Notes: generated by a model from the letters alone, not told the origin. A stretch of DNA of 63,925 bases, filler included, from Alphaproteobacteria bacterium (GCA_024280495.1; 9 parts of 9 records of this genome joined end to end with filler, not necessarily neighbours in it); one strand, 5' to 3'. Positions 31,573-42,309 are shown, counted from the first letter of the whole stretch. Program-made: numbers and translations.

Positions 31573-32778
31573 TTAATGCTGTTCCGTTTGTTTTTGAGGA
31601 GAACTTAAACGCAAAACGATATACCCTAGAACGCCTGATACAAGGGAGCCCGAAAGAACTCCAAGGCGCACAGCCGTTTGCGTTCCAGGGTCATCAAAGG
31701 CCAGCGTCCCAATAAAGAGACTCATGGTAAATCCAACACCAGTCACAAGTGCCATTCCATAGTACTGTGTCCAATTTACATCCTTTGGCAGGACGCAAAT
31801 ATTAAGATGTTGACCAAGATAAGTAAATCCCATGACGCCAACTTGTTTTCCCAAAAATAAGCCAACCGCAATACCAAGGGTAATGGGCTCGAGAAATAAA
31901 TCCAGGGTTACTCCTTTAAGGGAAACTCCTGCATTGGCAAAGGCAAAAAGAGGTAATATTCCATAGGCGATCCAAGAATGCAAGCCATTTTCCAATTGAT
32001 GCAATGGAGGGTCTTCATTTTCGTTTTTTGAATCTTTCAAGGGAATAAACATAGCTAGTGCAACACCTGCCAAAGTTGCATGAACACCAGATTTCAAAAT
32101 GCAAGCCCAAAGAAATAATCCCACCACCATGTAAGGTGCAATTTTTTGAACATTCATTATGTTTAAAATAAAGAGAATTAAAAAGGCAATGCTGCTAATA
32201 CCTAGGGAAAAAAGAGACAAATTGTCCGTATAAAATAAGGCAATAATAATAATGGCTGCCAGGTCATCCAAAATAGCAATGGCCATCAAGCAAACTTTTA
32301 AGGACTGAGGAATACGAGATCCTAAAATCATAAGAATACTCAAGGCAAATGCTATATCAGTTGCAGAAGAGACAGCCCACCCCTCAAGAGCCTTTTCATC
32401 ACCCCAATTAATATAGATATAAATAAGAGCAGGAACTATAAGACCGCCCATAGCTGCTAAAGCTGGCAAACTAATTTGATCTCTGGAAGATAGCTGTCCC
32501 TCTAGAACTTCACGCTTAATTTCAAGGCCAATAAGCAAAAAGAAAATAGCCATCAAACCATCATTGATCCAATGCAATAGAGATTTTTCAATGGAAAAAG
32601 TACCAACGGTCACATGTACGGGCAAATGTAGAAAATATTCATAGAGATAGGCAAGTGGAGAATTATTAAGGAGTAAGGCAATAAGAGCTGCTCCCCCTAA
32701 TAAAATACCAGCAGAAGCCTCGAGGCGTAAAAAATTTCGGATCATTTTGAGGGGAGATAACACGGTTAACAACTCCAA
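31573..32778 (-). CDS. nhaA: Na+/H+ antiporter NhaA
   Basis: WINDGLM, GLEIKRE, ATDIAF, AILDDL, SGVHATLAG, GFTMSLFI. Confidence 0.97.
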   Translation of the reverse strand: MELLTVLSPLKMIRNFLRLEASAGILLGGAALIALLLNNSPLAYLYEYFLHLPVHVTVGTFSIEKSLLHWINDGLMAIFFLLIGLEIKREVLEGQLSSRDQISLPALAAMGGLIVPALIYIYINWGDEKALEGWAVSSATDIAFALSILMILGSRIPQSLKVCLMAIAILDDLAAIIIIALFYTDNLSLFSLGISSIAFLILFILNIMNVQKIAPYMVVGLFLWACILKSGVHATLAGVALAMFIPLKDSKNENEDPPLHQLENGLHSWIAYGILPLFAFANAGVSLKGVTLDLFLEPITLGIAVGLFLGKQVGVMGFTYLGQHLNICVLPKDVNWTQYYGMALVTGVGFTMSLFIGTLAFDDPGTQTAVRLGVLSGSLVSGVLGYIVLRLSSPQKQTEQH

Positions 32779-32860
32779 TGTAACGAATGTTTTGATACTG
32801 AATTATTATTTTGTAAATGTCAGTAAAATTTCCGCACCTAAATTTTTTACCTCTGAGGAT

Positions 32861-33676
32861 TTATTCCAGTAACAGTTTCTTTTTTTGAAAAGACATGGGA
32901 GCCTTTGTAAATATCATTTCCTTTGGCCTTAGAAGTAAAGGAGAACTTGAGGTAGGAGTGCTTGGGATAAAGGACAGTATTGGTGAAGGAGTTATTGACG
33001 GTTTGGTTTCTGGGATAATATCGGACGACCTACTTAATAAATTCGCGATTTCATCCTCAATAATAAAATTTGAACTTTTTTGTTGATTTAAATATGCCCA
33101 AATAACAAGAAAAGAAAAAACTACAAGGGCTGAAAATATCATAATTTTTGCAGATGGCATGTGTGTGCGATCAACGGGCATAGGGCACCTGAGTTTTTTT
33201 TCAGAATTAAAACAGTCAGAAGCAAAAGGCTTTGCATTATAAATTTCGAGCTTGAATTGCTGTAAAGATTTTTCAGGATCCACTCCAAGATGTTGTGCAT
33301 AAGAACGCACAAAACCAAGGGCATAAACTTTTTCAGGAAGGGAAGCCGCATCCATGGATTCAATGCCATGTAAATAACGTTCGCTAATGCGTAAACGCCG
33401 ACTGATTTCAATAACCTTAATAGATTTTGATTCGCGAACTTGCTTTAAAACCATCCCAATGGATTTCACGGGAAGTTTCTTTTTGTCCGTATTGACTGGT
33501 GATAAAGTCTTAGACGTAGAAGATGAGGAAAGTTGAGTCATTGACGTTAAGGTGGAGGCAGATGATAGAACCTGCTTAGGCTCATCGGAAGATTGCACTC
33601 TCTGATGACGAGATTTTATCGACATCTTAGAAACAACTTTAGACGTTATTTTCTTTTGTGGGGTTGTCGATGACAT
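32861..33676 (-). CDS. RodZ-like HTH membrane protein
   Basis: IG..LKQVRE...LRI..RYL..IE...LP..VYALGFVRSYA..LG, followed by one TM helix. Confidence 0.85.
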   Translation of the reverse strand: MSSTTPQKKITSKVVSKMSIKSRHQRVQSSDEPKQVLSSASTLTSMTQLSSSSTSKTLSPVNTDKKKLPVKSIGMVLKQVRESKSIKVIEISRRLRISERYLHGIESMDAASLPEKVYALGFVRSYAQHLGVDPEKSLQQFKLEIYNAKPFASDCFNSEKKLRCPMPVDRTHMPSAKIMIFSALVVFSFLVIWAYLNQQKSSNFIIEDEIANLLSRSSDIIPETKPSITPSPILSFIPSTPTSSSPLLLRPKEMIFTKAPMSFQKKKLLLE

Positions 33677-33844
33677 GGTTACATCTTACCTTATATTAGA
33701 TTCATCAAGTAAATGGTAACACAGTATTTAACAGCGGAAAATACTTATATTTCTTTCTGTCTTCGAGTTGCCTTAATCTTAAATATCCCCATTTTATAGT
33801 TGGCCCCTTCACATGTGAAGTGCGTCATTTGAGTTTTTGGTCTG

Positions 33845-33972
33845 GTCTTTTTAGGGAAGTACTGTCTAATCAGCCCATTTGTATGCTCATTCAAGCCCCT
33901 CTGCCACGACGCATAAGGCTTTGCAAAGTAAATCTTGGCACCAAGGTTTTTTGTAAGCTCTGCATGTCCAGC
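33845..33972 (-). mobile_element. IS30-family transposase fragment
   Basis: Minus strand reads [30 protein letters not shown]; similarity stops after that. Confidence 0.88.
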
Positions 33973-34072
33973 NNNNNNNNNNNNNNNNNNNNNNNNNNNN
34001 NNNNNNNNNNNNNNNNTTAATTAATTAANNNNNNNNNNNNNNNNNNNNNNNNNNNNNNNNNNNNNNNNNNNN
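33973..34072. other. Artificial contig linker
   Basis: N run containing TTAATTAATTAA. Confidence 0.98.
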
Positions 34073-34083
34073 ATCAAAAGGAA

Positions 34084-35328
34084 TTGAAAAGTCAGAAACA
34101 TGATGTTGTTATTATTGGTGGAGGGCCTGTTGGCCTCATAACAGCCCTTCTTTTGTGTCAGCGTGATTTTTCCGTAGCCCTCGTGGATCAACTTGATTAC
34201 AAAGACGTGCTCAAAGCAGATTTTGACGGACGTACATTCGCCTATGCTTATGGATCCAAACTTATTTTAGAGAACGCTGATATATGGCGTGATCTTGAAA
34301 GTGTAGCTGAACCTATTACGGATATTTATGTAACGTCAGAGGCAACCCATGCCTCGGGGGTATCTAATCCTAAAAACGGTCTTCATTACTGCGCCAATGA
34401 TGTGATGGGTAACCTTAAGTCTGGCCAGAAAATAGTTGATATGCCCGCCATGGGATACAATATCGAAACAAGGCATTTTAGAAAAACAGTTTTTGAGCGT
34501 TTGAAATCTTTTGATAATTTCACATTATTTGCCCCCCATGAGGTGAAAGGGGTTTCTTTTGAGGCAGGACATGCAGAAGTTACCCTTGAAAAACACCTTT
34601 TAAAGTCACCTCTTATCCTTGCGTGCGATGGAAAAAATTCTTTTGTGCGTCATCAAGTCGGTATTAAATCAAAACAGGTGCCTTATGATCAAAAAGCTTT
34701 GGTGTTTTTGTTGGACCATGAAAAAGCTCATAACCAAACGGCCTATGAACATTTCTTAAAAGCAGGCCCTCTCGCTATTTTGCCCATGAAAACAACGCCT
34801 GATGGTAGCCATCATTCTGGTTGTATTTGGAGTTTGAAAGGGGACCGTGCCGATTATTTTTACACCCTTTCCAATGAAGACTTATCAAAGGAATTAGAAA
34901 CCCATTTTCAAAGCATCCTTGGAACTATTAATATCACAGGAAATCGATGGTTATTTCCACTGGATATGACGTTGGTTGAAAATTACACTGCCCATCGCCT
35001 TGCCCTTATTGGAGATGCGGCCCATGCCATTCATCCAGTTGCTGGTCAAGGATTTAACCTTGGGTTACGTGATGCAGAAGCCCTTGCCAACACCTTGGAA
35101 AAGGCTCGATCCTTAGGAATAGATTTAGGGTCATTGTCCCTATTAAAAGCTTATGAGAAAAGTCGAAAAAGTGACGTTTTAAGTATGACGTCCATGTGCC
35201 ATGGTTTGGTGCGCTTATTTTCGAATGACCAAAAAACCCTGGGGCATTTGAGGAACACGGGCCTTAAGATGGCAAATAGGATCCTATTTTTGAAAAAAAA
35301 ACTGACAAAACATGCCATGGGACTGTAG
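34084..35328 (+). CDS. UbiH/UbiL-family ubiquinone biosynthesis FAD hydroxylase
   Basis: IGGGPVG, ACDGKNS.VR, GDAAHAIHPVAGQGFNLGLRD. Confidence 0.93.
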   Translation: MKSQKHDVVIIGGGPVGLITALLLCQRDFSVALVDQLDYKDVLKADFDGRTFAYAYGSKLILENADIWRDLESVAEPITDIYVTSEATHASGVSNPKNGLHYCANDVMGNLKSGQKIVDMPAMGYNIETRHFRKTVFERLKSFDNFTLFAPHEVKGVSFEAGHAEVTLEKHLLKSPLILACDGKNSFVRHQVGIKSKQVPYDQKALVFLLDHEKAHNQTAYEHFLKAGPLAILPMKTTPDGSHHSGCIWSLKGDRADYFYTLSNEDLSKELETHFQSILGTINITGNRWLFPLDMTLVENYTAHRLALIGDAAHAIHPVAGQGFNLGLRDAEALANTLEKARSLGIDLGSLSLLKAYEKSRKSDVLSMTSMCHGLVRLFSNDQKTLGHLRNTGLKMANRILFLKKKLTKHAMGL

Positions 35329-35361
35329 AGTCATTTTCTTAGTTCAAATGAGATATTTAAT

Positions 35362-36525
35362 ATGATGACGCCTTTTTTACGGGATTTTAAAATTCCTCTA
35401 ATTTTAATTTCAGAAATTATTTTGATTTTACTCTTTGCGGATTATGTGCCGCAACAAATTCAATCTATCTCCCTTGCCATTAGCCTTTCCATTAAAGAAA
35501 TATTGCTTTTTACCCTTCCTGTTGTTATTTTTTCCTTCCTAGGAAATAGTATTGGGAGTTTGAAACAGGGTGCCTTTCGTTATATAGCCCTCGTTTTTCT
35601 CATGATATTTTTATCGAATTTCTTTGCTACTTTTATTGGGGGGAGTCTCGGTCTTTTTGTCCTAGAAAAAGTGGGGTTCATAGCCCCTGTTTTGTCTGAA
35701 AAAATAGGTCTGATGCCCGTATGGTCCTTTGATTTATCACCCTTAATTGAAAATGATAAAGCTCTCTTGTTGGGGTTGATTGCAGGTCTTCTTGTCTCTA
35801 TTTTTAATGTTAACATGGGGAAAAAAATTCTTCATCAAGCCCATTATTTCTCTCTTCATTTCTTGAAAAAAGCTTTTATTCCCTTGCTTCCCCTCTTTAT
35901 TTTAGGGTTCATTTTTAAAATGGAAAGTGACGGAATTTTGACGTCAGTCTTTCGAAATTACTTTCCCATTGCCTTGATAATTATAGCTGTTGCCATTACG
36001 TGTGTCAGTATTGTTTTACTGTATGCATGTGATTTCAAAATCACATCTTTTAAATCTTGTCTTAAAAATTTCGTTCCAGCCATGGTCACAGGATTTACAA
36101 CCATGTCCAGCGCATCAACTTTACCTTTTGTGATCGATGCCGTTGAAAAAAATACAAAAGACGAATCCACGCCAGGGGTCGTGCCCGTTAGCATCAATTC
36201 TCACCTTGTTGGAGATTGTTTTTCCATGTCCATTCAGGCCATTGCTATCTTGATTGCCTTTGGTCATTCTTTACCAAGTTTGGTAAATTTTATGATGTTT
36301 GTTTTGTTTTTTACCTTGGCAAGATTTGCCGTTGCTGCCGTTCCTGGAGGTGGTGTTTTGATGACTCTACCTGCCTTTGAAACTTATCTTGGATTTAATG
36401 GAGAGATGTTGTCGTTAATAACAGCACTCTATATATTATTTGATCCTTTAATAACACCCGTTAATGTGTTGGGACACGGGACCTTTGCCCAAGTATTTGA
36501 AAAATTATATAGGAAAATAAGGTAA
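35362..36525 (+). CDS. Dicarboxylate/amino acid:cation symporter (GltP-like), copy 1
   Basis: FTTMSSASTLP, AAVPGGG, FDP..T..NV.G. Confidence 0.9.
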   Translation: MMTPFLRDFKIPLILISEIILILLFADYVPQQIQSISLAISLSIKEILLFTLPVVIFSFLGNSIGSLKQGAFRYIALVFLMIFLSNFFATFIGGSLGLFVLEKVGFIAPVLSEKIGLMPVWSFDLSPLIENDKALLLGLIAGLLVSIFNVNMGKKILHQAHYFSLHFLKKAFIPLLPLFILGFIFKMESDGILTSVFRNYFPIALIIIAVAITCVSIVLLYACDFKITSFKSCLKNFVPAMVTGFTTMSSASTLPFVIDAVEKNTKDESTPGVVPVSINSHLVGDCFSMSIQAIAILIAFGHSLPSLVNFMMFVLFFTLARFAVAAVPGGGVLMTLPAFETYLGFNGEMLSLITALYILFDPLITPVNVLGHGTFAQVFEKLYRKIR

Positions 36526-36595
36526 TTCATTATGACTTTTCCAGGCCGTTTATCAGATTTGAAACTACCTTTAATAAATAAAAGGAAAGTTCAAA

Positions 36596-37801
36596 ATGCT
36601 TGAGATAGAAAACCGCACAAAACCGCCCCGTTTTATTCTTAAAACTTTTCGTGATTTGACATTGCCCTTGATCTTGATTACGGAAATTATACTTTGCTTA
36701 TGGTTTGGCGATTTTATATCTCTTGAGGTTAAATCAGCCTTATATGCCATTAGTTTAACCATCAAAGGTATTTTGTTGATGGTGCTTCCTTTTTTAATTT
36801 TTTCATTTTTGACAGCCAGCATTGGAACCCTTAAAAAAGGAGCAATTTCTTTTATAGTGGTTGCCTTTTCATTGGTCGTTATTTCTAATTTTTTTGCAAC
36901 ATCAGTAGCTGGTTTTCTCGGGGTGATAACCTTGGAAACTTTGGGGGCCATCCATCCTTTTCAAGAAAACAATCAAAGTTTAAAGCCTCTCTGGGATATT
37001 AATATTCCCTCTTTTATCTCAAATGATTTAGCCCTAGCTCTTGGGATTATTAGTGGGTTTATCGTGTCTTTTTTAAATATATCTTTCCTACAAAATACGG
37101 CCCTTAACTTACAGAATATGGCCCTGGTTTTTTTACGAAAATGTTTTATACCTTTAATTCCTATTTTTGTTTTAGGGTTTATTCTCAAAATGGATTATGA
37201 GGGAATTTTGGATATTATTGTGCAAGATTATTTTGCGGTTTTTTTGGCCATCACTTGTATTGCCTATGGATATATTATTATTTTATATGGAGTCAGTTGT
37301 GGTTTTAATTTTCAACGCTGGCGGACCCGCATTCAAGTCATGTTACCCGCCGTGATGACTGGATTTAGTACCATGTCTAGTGCCTCTGCTCTGCCATTGA
37401 TTACTGCTGCTGCCGAACGAACGACTAAGAACACCGTTGTAACAGGCATTATTCCCCTTAGTATAAACATTCATATGATTGGTGATTGTTTTTCTTTATC
37501 TATTTTGGCACTTGCAATTCTTTCATCATTTGGTATGCCAATGCCATCTCCTCAAGAGTTTTTGATGTTTGCATTTTTCTTCGTATTGGCGCGTTTTTCC
37601 GTAGCGGCAGTACCTGGTGGTGGCGTGATTGTTATTTTACCTGTACTTGAAGCCTACCTCGGGTTTTCCCCAGAGATGTTGTCGCTTATATTAGCGCTCT
37701 ATATTCTTTTTGATCCCATCGCGACCTCAGCTAATGTTTTCGGCAATGGGGCATTTGCGCTTATTTTTGAAAAGGTGCATTCCAAGTGGCAGTCTCGTTA
37801 A
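36596..37801 (+). CDS. Dicarboxylate/amino acid:cation symporter (GltP-like), copy 2
   Basis: FSTMSSASALP, AAVPGGG, FDPIATSANVFG; paralogue of copy 1. Confidence 0.9.
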   Translation: MLEIENRTKPPRFILKTFRDLTLPLILITEIILCLWFGDFISLEVKSALYAISLTIKGILLMVLPFLIFSFLTASIGTLKKGAISFIVVAFSLVVISNFFATSVAGFLGVITLETLGAIHPFQENNQSLKPLWDINIPSFISNDLALALGIISGFIVSFLNISFLQNTALNLQNMALVFLRKCFIPLIPIFVLGFILKMDYEGILDIIVQDYFAVFLAITCIAYGYIIILYGVSCGFNFQRWRTRIQVMLPAVMTGFSTMSSASALPLITAAAERTTKNTVVTGIIPLSINIHMIGDCFSLSILALAILSSFGMPMPSPQEFLMFAFFFVLARFSVAAVPGGGVIVILPVLEAYLGFSPEMLSLILALYILFDPIATSANVFGNGAFALIFEKVHSKWQSR

Positions 37802-40800
37802 AGAAGTTTCAAGTCAGTTAATAGTTTCTGACAGCCTTGAAATTTTTCATCCAAACTCACCCAATGGCGTGTAAAAAAGAGGCTATGATCTGGTCTGAGT
37901 TTTGCCATTCCCCGCTGATTTTGAATGTACTCGAGAAGTGCTTGTGGATTGGAAACAGTGTCTTTATGAAATCTCAGAACAATGCCTTTCGTGCCCACAT
38001 CAATTTTTGATACACCCGTTTCCTTAGCCTGTTGCTTGAGGGTCATCACACGCAAAACGTTATCAACTTCTGAGGGATAAGCTCCAAAACGATCCACCAA
38101 TTCACGGGATAATTCATCTAATTCTTCTTGGCTTGTAAAACTTGCAAGACGGCGATAAAGATCCATGCGTACGGATAAATCCGCAACGTAAGTTTCTGGA
38201 ATCAAAACGGCAACCCCAAGGTTCAAAGTAGGGCTCCATGATTGATTATCCAGAGACGTGTCATCATGTTGATGTTCCCGTGCAAATCTGGCTTTATCCA
38301 CGGCTTCTTCCAAAAGATGTTGGTATAATTCCACGCCAACCTCGCGCACATGGCCCGATTGCTCTTGACCCAAAAGATTACCTGCACCTCTAATATCCAT
38401 GTCATGGCTTGCCAGTTGAAATCCTGCGCCAAGGGTATCGAGGGTTTGCATGACGTTAAGGCGTTTCAGAGCATTTTTAGAAAGCTGACCATGGGAATCA
38501 ATGGTTAAATAAGCATAAGCACGCAATTTCCCACGTCCAATGCGCCCGCGTAATTGATATAATTGTGCCAGGCCAAAATGATCGGAGCGATGCACAAATA
38601 AGGTATTCACCGTTGGCAAATCAATTCCTGATTCAATGATATTCGTTGAAAGAAGAATGTCATATTTATGGTCTGCAAAATCATCCATTACGGTTTCAAG
38701 GTTTTTGGTAGGCATTTGTCCATGGGCAATGGCGATGCGATAATTGGGATTGATTTTGATAAGTTTTTTCAGGACCTCATCTAAATCTTTTAAACGGGGA
38801 CACACATAAAAAATTTGACCATTACGATTAAGTTCACGTCTGATGGCTTCTTCCACCAACATGGGATCAAAGGGAGTGATAAATGTACGAATGGTCAAGC
38901 GATCTACGGGGGGAGTGGCTATAATGCTAAGATCTCTAACCCCCGTTAGAGACATTTGGAGAGTGCGTGGAATGGGTGTTGCCGTGAGGGTCAGAACATG
39001 GATATCCCGTTGAAGATCTTTTAAACGTTCTTTTTGCTTTACGCCAAAATGCTGTTCTTCATCGACAATCACCAGGCCAATATCCTTGAACTTGGTTGAG
39101 GCGGCAAGAAGCGTATGGGTGCCAATGACCACATCAACGTGACCAGATACGAGGTTTTCCTTAATTAATTTTGCGTTTTTGGGTGTGATCATACGAGAAA
39201 GCTGTTCGACCCGTAAACCAAACCCATCAAATCGTTTTTTAAAGTTTTGATAATGTTGACGGGCAAGTAATGTTGTTGGTGCAACAATAGCCACTTGCTT
39301 TCCAGATGCTGCAACGGTAAAGGCTGCACGTAAGGCGATTTCTGTTTTTCCAAATCCAACATCTCCACACACAAGACGATCCATGGGCTGCCCTTTGGCA
39401 AGATCTTCTAAAACATCTTCGATGGCGCTGAGTTGATCATCGGTTTCAGTGAAGGGAAAGCGGTGAACAAATTCTGAAAAAAGGCCGCTATCAGGATGAA
39501 AAACAGGTGCTTTTTTAAGCTTTCTTGCAGACGCAATATCAATCAAATGATCTGCAATTTCCTCCAGGCGTTTCTTAACTTTCGCACGGCGAGCTTGCCA
39601 CGCAACGGCACCTAAACGATCGAGTGTCGCATTTGTATCTTCGCCACCATATCGAGAAATAAGGTCAATGTTTTCAACGGGAAGGAAAAGTTTATCGCCT
39701 CCAGCATAAATAAGCTTAACGCAATCATGGGGAATACGATCCACAACCATGGTGTGAAGACCCTGGAACTGACCAACGCCATGCTCTTCATGAACAACAA
39801 AATCTCCAGGTGCAAGGGCGGATGCTTCGGCGATAAATAGATCGGACCTTTTCGCTTTTTTAGGGACTTTTTTTTGGATTTCTCCGTAAATTTCACGTTC
39901 TGATAAAAAAAATGTGTCATCGGTTTCAAAACCTTGACTCAAGGACATAATATGAAAGGCAACATGTTTACGAGGGCATTTGAGGCCCTCTTCAAAAGAC
40001 GCCACTGCCTCAATCTTCAGAAATCCAAGATCTTGAAGTTGGCCAATAATTTGATACCTTGATCCTTCGCCTTGGCAAAACACATGGATTTTTTTACCTT
40101 CCCTCAGTTTTTCTTTTAAAGACTCTTTTAACGTTTCATATTTGGAAATACCTTGGGGGTTTTGCAAAATCGATAGGGTTTTAGGGGACAGAGAGAAATT
40201 TTCTCGTCCTGAGATAAAAGAAGTGAGAGCAATAGAAGGTGTTTCTATTTTAGTCTTTTCAAGTTCAGCTTTCGTTAGATAAAGTTCATCAGGGTTGAGG
40301 GGGTTGTACAATAAAAATGTGTCAAACCCTTTGGAATCGGTTTCCTTTAAGGCCTCTTGTCGCGCCTTAAAATGGTCATTTATTTGGTCAAGGCGATGGT
40401 TAAAGCTTTGGTCTGTACCTTGGGTGAAAACTAATAAAGGATCAGAAATATAATCTAAAAGGTGGGATAGCTTATCGTAGAAAAGCGGCAACCAATGTTC
40501 CATGCCTGGGTGGTTTTTACCGTCACTCACTATATTATAAAGAGCGTCTTGTGGTAAATGTGTTGCAAAACGATCTCGATATTGCGTTCTAAAACGCTGA
40601 ATTGTTTTTTCAGTGAGGTGAAGTTCGTGGGTGCCACCAAGGGTGAGAAGGGAATGATTTTCAAGGGAGCGTTGGGTTAAGGGATCATAGGTTTTGAGAG
40701 ACTCAATGTCATCTCCAAAAAAATCCAATCGATAAGGTGTTTGTTCAGATAAGGGGTATAAATCAACTATGCCGCCTCGTATGGCGTATTCACCAGGTTC

Positions 40801-41286
40801 ACGCACCGTTGAAACACGGTCATATCCTTGGGTGGTTAAATAAGACCCAAGGGTTTCAATGGTAATTATTTGCCCTGATTTTAGAGTTAATGTTTCACCA
40901 ATAAGATCAACCTTTGGCGTAAGGCGCTGTAAAAACGCGCCAGGGGTCGTCAGGACTATTTGTTGTTTTTTACCATCTGATTCTAGGAGGATTTGCAATG
41001 TTTTTAAGCGTTGCCCCACAATATCTTTCCGCGGTGATACTCGATCATAGGGCAAACAATCCCAAGCAGGGAATGAAAGAATACGGATGTCTGGCAACAC
41101 ATAACTCAAAAGATCCGAGAGACGTTTCATATCTGCGTCATCTTCTGCAATGATAGTCAAAGTCTGACCTTTGTGCTGATGATATAAATCACAAAGGACA
41201 AACACATCTGATGCCGTTAAGACGCCTCCCAAATGAAAGGGGGTTTGATTTTGAAGGTTCAGAGGATTTTTGATGAGTAATGTCAT
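37798..41286 (-). CDS. mfd: Transcription-repair coupling factor
   Basis: FPAWDCLPYD, CGDVGFGKTE, DEEQHFGV, QLRGRIGR. Confidence 0.98.
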   Translation of the reverse strand: MTLLIKNPLNLQNQTPFHLGGVLTASDVFVLCDLYHQHKGQTLTIIAEDDADMKRLSDLLSYVLPDIRILSFPAWDCLPYDRVSPRKDIVGQRLKTLQILLESDGKKQQIVLTTPGAFLQRLTPKVDLIGETLTLKSGQIITIETLGSYLTTQGYDRVSTVREPGEYAIRGGIVDLYPLSEQTPYRLDFFGDDIESLKTYDPLTQRSLENHSLLTLGGTHELHLTEKTIQRFRTQYRDRFATHLPQDALYNIVSDGKNHPGMEHWLPLFYDKLSHLLDYISDPLLVFTQGTDQSFNHRLDQINDHFKARQEALKETDSKGFDTFLLYNPLNPDELYLTKAELEKTKIETPSIALTSFISGRENFSLSPKTLSILQNPQGISKYETLKESLKEKLREGKKIHVFCQGEGSRYQIIGQLQDLGFLKIEAVASFEEGLKCPRKHVAFHIMSLSQGFETDDTFFLSEREIYGEIQKKVPKKAKRSDLFIAEASALAPGDFVVHEEHGVGQFQGLHTMVVDRIPHDCVKLIYAGGDKLFLPVENIDLISRYGGEDTNATLDRLGAVAWQARRAKVKKRLEEIADHLIDIASARKLKKAPVFHPDSGLFSEFVHRFPFTETDDQLSAIEDVLEDLAKGQPMDRLVCGDVGFGKTEIALRAAFTVAASGKQVAIVAPTTLLARQHYQNFKKRFDGFGLRVEQLSRMITPKNAKLIKENLVSGHVDVVIGTHTLLAASTKFKDIGLVIVDEEQHFGVKQKERLKDLQRDIHVLTLTATPIPRTLQMSLTGVRDLSIIATPPVDRLTIRTFITPFDPMLVEEAIRRELNRNGQIFYVCPRLKDLDEVLKKLIKINPNYRIAIAHGQMPTKNLETVMDDFADHKYDILLSTNIIESGIDLPTVNTLFVHRSDHFGLAQLYQLRGRIGRGKLRAYAYLTIDSHGQLSKNALKRLNVMQTLDTLGAGFQLASHDMDIRGAGNLLGQEQSGHVREVGVELYQHLLEEAVDKARFAREHQHDDTSLDNQSWSPTLNLGVAVLIPETYVADLSVRMDLYRRLASFTSQEELDELSRELVDRFGAYPSEVDNVLRVMTLKQQAKETGVSKIDVGTKGIVLRFHKDTVSNPQALLEYIQNQRGMAKLRPDHSLFFTRHWVSLDEKFQGCQKLLTDLKLL

Positions 41287-41494
41287 ACTTGTTTATAACA
41301 ATGCTGTCCCTAAAATTCTACGCTTATTTTCAGTATATAGTCATTGCAAAAATACCCCTCTAAGGGTCTTGTTATTAATGTTTTAGTAACTATTCCTTTA
41401 TATATTTGGGTCAACTTATAAAAAATTGATCATCTGCCTGCTCATTTTTTTTATTAAAGAAACATTACCTTGAATCCATTGGGAGTTATAAAAA

Positions 41495-41869
41495 ATGTCA
41501 TCAGAATCACTTAAGCTCGTAACACTTACACGTGATGAAATTAGCAATCGCCTTGCCAAGGGAATTGGAATCCCAAAACTACATGCAAGTAATATTCTGG
41601 ATACAACTCTCAATGAAATGATAGAAAGTATAGTCAAGGATGGTGAACTCAAATTATCCGCTTTTGGCAGCTTTTCCGTGCGTCAAAAAAATGATCGTGT
41701 GGGGCGTAATCCTAAAACAGGCATAGAAGTTAGAATCACACCTCGCAAAACTGTCTCTTTCAAAGCATCTGATTGCTTGAAAAATAAAGTTATTGATGTT
41801 TGGAAAACAATGCAACAAAACAAACCAGTGTCAGATCAAGTTGAAACTACTTATAAAAAAGTAGGTTAA
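41495..41869 (+). CDS. ihfA: Integration host factor alpha subunit
   Basis: TLTR..I, LKLSAFGSF.VRQK..RVGRNPKTG.EV.I.PR. Confidence 0.9.
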   Translation: MSSESLKLVTLTRDEISNRLAKGIGIPKLHASNILDTTLNEMIESIVKDGELKLSAFGSFSVRQKNDRVGRNPKTGIEVRITPRKTVSFKASDCLKNKVIDVWKTMQQNKPVSDQVETTYKKVG

Positions 41870-41947
41870 TTATCTCAGTCATAATTAATACTGTTTGCAA
41901 GATCAGTTTTTTGGCTCTTCTCCATTTTGTGTTGGTCGGATTTCAAG

Positions 41948-42077
41948 GTAACAGGCTCATGAACCCCATCTTTTTTAGTATTTTGAATTGTGTAAGTTGA
42001 TCTCCATTGTTTAATCAATAGAGATCAACTTACACAATTCAAAATACTAAAAAAGATGGGGTTCATGAGCCTGTTAC
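41948..42077. repeat. 130-bp fold-back: perfect 57-bp inverted arms with IS66-like GTAA...TTAC termini
   Basis: 41948-42004 is the reverse complement of 42021-42077, with a 16-nt spacer. Confidence 0.92.
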
Positions 42078-42209
42078 GTGGATATCACCAAAGTAACTCC
42101 CAAAAAAGGCGTCGCTTGTGGTGCCATCAAGTTGATCGCCGAGCTTTATAAAATTGAAAGGCAGGCCAAGGAAGATGGCTTAAGTTTTGAAGAAATTCAA
42201 GATAGGCGG
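42078..42209 (+). mobile_element. IS66-family TnpC internal fragment
   Basis: VA..AIKLIAELYKIERQAK...IQDRR. Confidence 0.8.
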
Positions 42210-42309
42210 NNNNNNNNNNNNNNNNNNNNNNNNNNNNNNNNNNNNNNNNNNNNTTAATTAATTAANNNNNNNNNNNNNNNNNNNNNNNNNNNNNNNNNNN
42301 NNNNNNNNN
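42210..42309. other. Artificial contig linker
   Basis: N run containing TTAATTAATTAA. Confidence 0.98.
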
